A DNA stretch of 54,175 bases, counting the filler, from Squatina squatina (Eukaryota): assembly GCA_031763465.1 (NCBI GenBank). It is 3 parts of 3 records of this genome, joined end to end, with 100 filler letters (N's around TTAATTAATTAA, not from the genome) between each part and the next. Parts side by side here need not be neighbours in the genome. Positions count along the whole stretch, not along the records: positions 39,380 to 54,175 come from JARFOE010684750.1; 2 more parts are not named here. One strand, 5' to 3'. Below, in pieces: positions 47,521 to 54,175 of the stretch. Numbering within the stretch: the first letter of the stretch is position 1; each line of letters starts with the position of its first letter. Below the pieces are notes generated by a model, which saw only the letters and a program-made list of their open reading frames with translations, was not told where the DNA came from and ran no database searches. The position numbers and the translations under genes are program-made.

Positions 47521-48304
47521 GGCCCTGAAACTGTGATCTGCCGGGATGGGAACGATGTTCCTACACACCCGGGGAGACATCGCAGAAGCCGGTTATGGGG
47601 CTGTTCATCGTAAACCCGCATAACCAGCATTTACGATCTGTCAAGAATCTTCTTCACAGATCCAATGATTGGGCTGCAGAGCTGATCCCCATCGCTGAGC
47701 TTTGCAATCTTTTTGCAAAACATTCAATAGGGATCTCTTTCAAGTTTTTTTACAGATGGTAAAACCTGGCATATCTGCTTGGTTTTACCTGTGTACAAAA
47801 TGTTAAAACATTTTAAATCAAAAATATTAATGGGACATTATTTAAAACCATTCCGAGTAAGGGAAGTATGTTTTTAAACATTTTTAAAGTTTTTTTAAAA
47901 TTTCAAAAAAAGTGTTATTTATATCCTTTTTATTAAATTTTAATATTAGAATAGTTTTAAAAATGTTTTGGGATGTGTTTGTGTCGTTTTTCATCTCTCA
48001 TTATCATTTTGACAGATCTTGACAGATCGCTGAGAACTTTCAAAAGATCAATGAAAGATACACCTACGTGATTGGCTGGGGCTTCAATGTGACCTCTCTT
48101 CGATCGACCTCCCCGGGATGCGACAGAGCCCCGCTCCGAATCTCCCACATCCCATGGGGGGGATGGGGGTTGTGGGGTCGGGTGGCGGCGGGGTGCTGAA
48201 TATCAGAAGGTCGCGTGGATCCAGGACCCTTAGGTAAGTACTTAACCTTTTTTGCATTTGGAGGTATCCATACGCAGGAAGCCTCCAGTCACAATTTCAC
48301 GACC
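47521..48304. mobile_element. 784-bp non-autonomous DNA transposon (PIF/Harbinger-type MITE)
   Basis: Imperfect TIRs GGCCCTGAAACTGTGA and TCACAATTTCACGACC, both flanked by ATT (3-bp TSD). The core is AT-rich and the element interrupts a degenerate local repeat. Confidence 0.7.
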
Positions 48305-50084
48305 ATTAACTGTTTAATTAGAAACGAGGGCGAGAATCACAATCTTATGGGATGGAATGTGACATGGTAATGAAATGGTTAACTTTGCTTCCTAATTTCC
48401 CTATTGCCTTTGGATGATGCTGTTTGATTGCAAACCGATTCCTCCGGATTGTAGCTGGGTGCAGTCGCATCACAGTTTGATGGAGTTAAAACCTCTGCCT
48501 GCAGCGTGACTGGTCCCTTATGTACGGTTGGTCGTCTGATTCCAGTTAAGTGAGCGTGTGCCTCTTACACACAGCTACCTTCAACTCACAATCACTGCCC
48601 TCAGAAGCTGGACAGAGGCCGGATTGGTCGAGCCCGGGCTCCACGGGGACCTGCAACCAAGTGGACTTTGGCTTTTGGAGAAGCTCAGGATCAAGTGGAA
48701 ATTTGAAGATTGGATGGAAATTATTAAATGAAACTCATTCACAATTAAAGTAGTGAAGCTATTGTTTGCAAAATGCTTTCAATCAGGTCCTTGAGCATTG
48801 GAGTGAGGTTCCAGAGGCTTATTAAGCACACAGTATATGCAATAGTACTTTATCATAAAATTTATGGTAATACCCACAACCACAGCTGCTGATGCCTGGT
48901 TGGGGATTCAAACATGTTATTGTTCTGAAATCTGTACTTTAGACATTTGCGAAGCCTCATTACAAACTATCACTTTTCAATTGCTTGTTCATGTCAGTCC
49001 ACAAAATATTGCATTACATAAATATCTAAAAGTTACATTACAATCCAGTATATGGAGAGTGTAAAACTGCCCTCATCCTTTCGCAATAATTATAGTGTCC
49101 CTTAGTAAAGAGCATCTTTTCCTTTGGGCTAACACGTATCATTTCTTTACTTCTTTGTTTCACCATTAATTTCACTCTCGATCTATTTAATTGCAAATCG
49201 ACCAAGTGAAACCTTTGATTATAAGTCAATCTTTATTTCTGTATCATTTGTACCATGTAACAATGATGATGACAGTCCAGATATTTTCCTTTACATAATG
49301 AACAGACTTCCAACATTATTATCAAATGATTAACGTTCTCTAGAATGTATGAATCAGTTTGCAATAACATGTCTTTAATTATTACCTCTTCCTGAAATTG
49401 AACATAGCTGCAGTGTCAGTCCCGGCCCATCAGCCCAGTGTTTCCTCAAATAGCTTTATAGCTCCCTGCTTAACAGGCAAAGAATAAAGATTACTACAAT
49501 ATTGGGATAAAGATTCCAATATAAATTGAACAGACTTCAGGACCTTACGGTAGTCACAGATATCTAAACTCTCCAGAACCACAAACGCCGACAAGGTCGT
49601 GTTTGCTAGAATGATTTGTTTCCCTGTTACCAAATTCGAATATTTTGATGACCAATTGGATTACAATAAATATCAGCGAGCAAATTATGTGATGTCACAT
49701 GGACCAGTCAGGTTCCTGCTGTCTCCACCATTAGACACGGATCAGGAGACAGGGCAGCATTCTATTGGTCCAGGAGACAATAGGGGGCGGAGTCTGAAGG
49801 AGAGACCTGCGCCGGCAACATTCACACGAAGATGACAGAATTACAACTAACCCTGATTGTAACACATTGTGACAAAAAGGCTCTGAAGTGAACAGGACAG
49901 CAGTGAAATGTATTGAGGAATATCTCCGACAAAAGTCATTACCGGAAACGGTTTTTTGCAGTGCCAAGTTTCTGAAGCAGAGGAAAGTGATGACCTCTCG
50001 TCTGTTTTTGTTCTAAACAGGATGAAACGAGGGAGGATATTTCCCACGTTCACTGCTTTAAATGAAATGAATTATCGAATCAGA

Positions 50085-50460
50085 GAATGATACAGCACAG
50101 AAGGAGCCCGTTCTACCCATCGTGGCTGTGCCGCTTTTTGATTGAGTTATTAAATTATTACCAATCTCTTGCTCTTTCCCCACATCACTCTACTTTTCCC
50201 TTCAAGTATTTATCCAATTCTCTTCTCAATGTCACTGTTGGCTCTGCATTTACCAAGGTTCCGGGCAGTGTACACCAGATCAAAACAAGTCGCTGTGTAG
50301 AAAATTGTTTCCTAATGTTGCCTCTGGTTCTTTTGCGAATCACCTTCAATCTTTGCCCGCCGTCTAACAACATTTCCGCTGCTGCAACAGTTTCTCCTTA
50401 TTTATCAAAAAACATTAATTGGAAATCTTCGAACAAATCTCCTCTTAACCTTCTCTGCTC
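50085..50460 (-). mobile_element. Decayed CR1 3' end
   Basis: LKVIRKRTRGNIRKQFSTQRLVLIWCTLPGTLVNAEPTVTLRRELDKYL. Confidence 0.82.
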
Positions 50461-50589
50461 TAATTCAGGGCCATTAATACATATCCTCGAGCGCAATAGT
50501 CCTAATACCTTTAATAAATCCGTGCTGGCTTTCAGTGCACGGGCCTATACTGGTCCAAATGTCCATCAATGTTTCCGTAATTAATGTCA

Positions 50590-51020
50590 GTAAAAATGTC
50601 CCCACCATCGCCGTGAGTCTGACTTGCCTTTAGCTGCTGGGTTCATCTCTCTACTTTTTGAAACAAGAGTATAATGTTTTGCAATCCTCCAGCTCTCTGG
50701 CACCTAAGATGTAATGTAAAACTTTGGCAGCAGCTCCGAAATTTCCACCCAAACTTCCGGCAGTAATACAGCAAGTAACCCACCGAGACCACATAAATTG
50801 TCACCTTTGAGGACTGCGAACCTTTCAAATATCTCCTCTATCTAATTTCAACCTTTCCAATTTCACTAATGTTTCTTTCTTTAATGCTACGGTGGCAGCC
50901 TCCTCTGCTCCATTGCTGCCAGTTTCAAGGTACTCATTTAGTGCCTCAGCCGTGCTCTCTGCCTCCATAAGTAGATTTCCTTGTTATCCCCAATACGCCC
51001 TATTCTTCCTTTGAGCAGAA
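50590..51020 (-). mobile_element. Highly decayed CR1 ORF2 internal fragment
   Basis: ctactttttgaaacaagagtataatgttttgcaatcctccagc resembles the plus-strand sequence at 400-440 and 1515-1560. Confidence 0.55.
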
Positions 51021-51529
51021 AGGCCAACGACCAATGGCCGCCCAATTGGTGTGCTTTAGTGCCATTATACCACTGAAAAGTGGCGCTAGCCGGGCATTCA
51101 TTCATGAATAGGGAAATTCCCCCTCCCCCCCACCGCCGAATTGATGATGGTGCCCCAGCAGCACAAAGCCCTATTCGCCGGGGTGAGGCATGCAATGTCA
51201 TCATATTGTGAGCCGAGCCCAGAGCGCCAACCCATGAACTCCCTCTTGTGCTGCAGGTGAGCCACAGCGGGAATTGCTCCTGAGCCCACCAGCAAGGCCC
51301 ATGTCCTTGGCAACATTGGAGCCTGGAGCAAGCATAACTGTAGGATATCTGTAAAGTTCAATAATACTAAAGGTGTATGGTCACTTCTAATAGGTGTAGG
51401 GAAATCACGTGCACAGGAGGAGTTAATGCACATCTAGTTGCTGTGGGGCGGGGAGAGGGGGCGTGGATGTACCAGTCACACAGTCAATACTTTTGTTAAT
51501 GTAGTACCACTGGTATTACCAGAGGAAAA

Positions 51530-54175
51530 CATTCGAGTGTGGGCATGCTTGTAGTAACTGAGGAGCACTGACACAACTCGCCTAAGTGTAGGGGCGTCAG
51601 TAGTACCGAAGGAGCACAGTCACCTCTTCTGTAAGTGTAGGCTCCTGTAGTACTGTGGAGCACAGTCACTTCTTCTGTAAGTGTAGACACCTGTAGTACT
51701 GAGGAGCAGAATCACCTCTTCTGTAAGTGTAGGCTCCTGTATTATTGTGGAGCACAGTCACCACTTCTGTAAGTGTAGGCTCCTGTAGTACGGAGGAGTA
51801 GAGTCACCTCTTCTGTAAGTGTAGACTCCTGTAGTACTGAGGAGCAAAGCCACCTTTTCTGTAAGAGTAGGCTCCTGTAGTACTGAGGAGCACAGTCACC
51901 TCTTCTGTAAGTGGAGGATCCTGTAGTACTGAGGAGCACAGTCACCTTTTCTGTAAGTGTAGGCACCTGTAGTACTGAGGAGCATATTCACCTCTTCTGT
52001 ATGTGTAGGCTCCTGTAGTACTGAGGAGAACAGTCAACTCTTCTGTAAGTGTAGACTCCTGTAGTACTGAGGAGCACAGTCACCTCTTCTGTAAGTGTAG
52101 GCTCCTGTAGTACTGAGGAGCACAGTCACCTCTTCTGTATGTGTAGGCTCCTGTAGTACTGAGGAGCACAGTCACCTCTTCTGTAACTGTAGACTCCTGT
52201 AGTACTGTGGAGCACAGTCACCTCTTCTGTAAGTGTAGACTCCTTTAGTACTGAGGATGAAAGTCACCTCTTCTGTACGTGTATGCTCCTGTAGTACTGA
52301 GGAGCACAGTCACCTCTTCTGTAAGTGTAGGCTCCTGTAGTACTGTGGAGCACAGTCACCTCTTCTGTAAGTGTAGGCTCCTGTAGTACGGAGGAGCACA
52401 GTCACCTCTTTTCTTTGTGTAGGTTCCTGTAGGACTGAGGAGCACAGTCACCTCATCTGTAAGTGTAGACTCCTGTAGTACTGAGGAGAACAGTCAACTC
52501 TTCTGTATGTGTAGATTCCTGTAGTACTGAGGAGAAAAGTCACCTCTTCTGTATGTGTAGGCTCCTGTAGTATTGAGGAGCACAGTCACCTCTTCTGTAA
52601 GTGTAGACTCCTGTAGTACTGTGGAGCACAGTCACCTCTTCTGTAAGTGTAGACTCCTGTAGTACTGAGGAGAAAAGTCACCTCTTCTGTACGTGTAGGC
52701 TCCTGTAGTACTGTGGAGCACAGTCACCTCTTCTGTAAGTGTAGGCTCCTGTCTTACGGAGGAGCACAGTCACCTCTTCTGTATGTGTAGACTCCTGTAG
52801 TACTGAGGAGCACAGTCACCTCTTCTGTAAGTGCAGACTCCTGTAGTACTATGGAGCACAGTCACCTCTTCTGTAAGAGTAGACTCCTGTAGTACTGAGG
52901 AGAAAAGTCACCTCTTCTGTAACTCTAGGCTCCTGTAGTTCTGAGGAGCACAGTCACCTCTGCTGCAAGTGTAGGCTCCTGTACTACTGTGGAGCACAGT
53001 CACCTCTTCTGTATGTGTAGGCTCCTGTAGTACTAAGGAGCACAGTCACCTCTTCTGTAAGTGTAGGCTCCTGTAGTACTGTGGAGCAGAATCACCTCTT
53101 CTGTAAGTGCAGACTCCTGTAGTACTGAGGAGCAAAGTCACCTCTTCTGTATGTGTCGGCTCCTGTAGTACGGAGGAGCACAGTCACCTCTTCTGTTAAT
53201 GTGGACTCCTGTAGTACTGAGGAGCACAGTCACCTCTTCTGTAAGTGTAGGCTCCTGTAGTACGGAGGAGCACAGTCACCTCTTCTGTAAGTGTAGACTC
53301 CTGTCTTACTGAGGAGCACAGTCACCTCTTCTGTAAGTGTAGACTCCTCTAGTACTAAGGAGAACAGTCACTTCTCCTGTAAGTGTAGGATCCTGTAGTA
53401 CTGTGGAGCACAGTCACCTCTTCTGTAAGTGTAGACTCCTGTAGTGCTATGGAGCACAGTCACCTCTTCTCTAAGAGTAGACTCCTGTAGTACTGAGGAG
53501 AAAAGTCACCGTTTTTTAAGTGTAGGCTCGTGTAGTACGGAGGAGCACAGTCACCTCTTCTGTAAGTGTAGACTGCTGTCTTACTGAGGAGCACAGCCAC
53601 CTCTTCTGTAAGTGTAGACTCCTCTAGTACTAAGAAGAACAGTCACTTCTCCTATAAGTGTAGACTCCTGTAGTACTGAGGAGCACATACACCTCTTCTG
53701 TAAGTGTAGACTCCTGTAGTACTGAGGAGCACCGTCCCCTCTTCTGTAAGTGTAGACTCCTGTAGTACTGAGGAGAACAGTCACTTCTTCTGTAAGTGTA
53801 GCCACCTGTAGTACTGAGGAGCATAGTCACCTCTTCTGTAAGTGTAGGCTCCTGTAGTATTGTGCAGCAATGTCACCTCTTCTGTAAGTGTAGGCTCCTG
53901 TAGTACGGAGGAGTAGAGTCACCTCTTCTGTATGTGTAGGCTCCTGTAGTACTGAGGAGCACAGTAACCTCTTCTGTCAGTTTAGATTCCTGTAGTACTG
54001 AGGAGCACAGTCACTTCTTCTGTAAGTGTAGGCTCCTGTAGAACTGAAGAGCACAGTCACCTCTTCTGTAAGTGTAGATTCCTGTAGTACTGAGGAGCAC
54101 AGTCAACTCTTCTGTAAGTGTAGACTCCTGTAGTACTGAGGAGCACAGTCACCTCTTCTGTAAGTGTAGGCTCCT
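51530..54175. repeat. 46-bp tandem satellite (~57 units, runs off the window end), consensus CACAGTCACCTCTTCTGTAAGTGTAGRCTCCTGTAGTACTGAGGAG
   Basis: Period counted directly (cacctc at 52081 and 52127). The left edge is degenerate. Confidence 0.97.

Noticed and set aside
51496-53830. Short ORFs with TLTEEVTVLLSTTG repeats
   Set aside because: They are translations of the 46-bp satellite cycling through frames.
51530-54175. CRISPR-like array suggested by regularly spaced palindromic repeats
   Set aside because: The units are head-to-tail with no unique spacers, there are no cas genes, and the context is vertebrate.

Overview
Vertebrate genomic DNA, most likely from a shark or other chondrichthyan (CR1/L2 LINEs, Deu-domain SINEs, shark-type GPR139-like receptor). 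It is not one contiguous locus. Two identical artificial spacers (44 N + TTAATTAATTAA + 44 N, at 12338-12437 and 39280-39379) join three scaffolds. Block A (1-12337, + strand) has an intact single-exon NHL-repeat gene (NHLRC4-like, 368 aa) followed by the first coding exon of PIGQ. Block B (12438-39279, - strand) has eight recognisable FMR1 exons (equivalent to human 6, 7, 9, 10, 14, 15, 16 and partial 17) and an orphan CUB-domain exon bracketed by a ~220-bp direct repeat. Block C (39380-54175, gap-free) has one ACLY exon, a two-exon GPR139-like pseudogene, a 26-bp satellite with an ~883-bp higher-order period, a Harbinger-type MITE and a 46-bp hairpin-containing satellite. I see no CRISPR array, prokaryotic system or clearly new biological system. 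The best leads are the NHLRC4/PIGQ splice architecture, FMR1 isoform evolution, a degenerate hammerhead motif in a Penelope-type end, and the satellite structure. Gene identities come from recalled similarity to human proteins, not database searches. Repeat boundaries are approximate.
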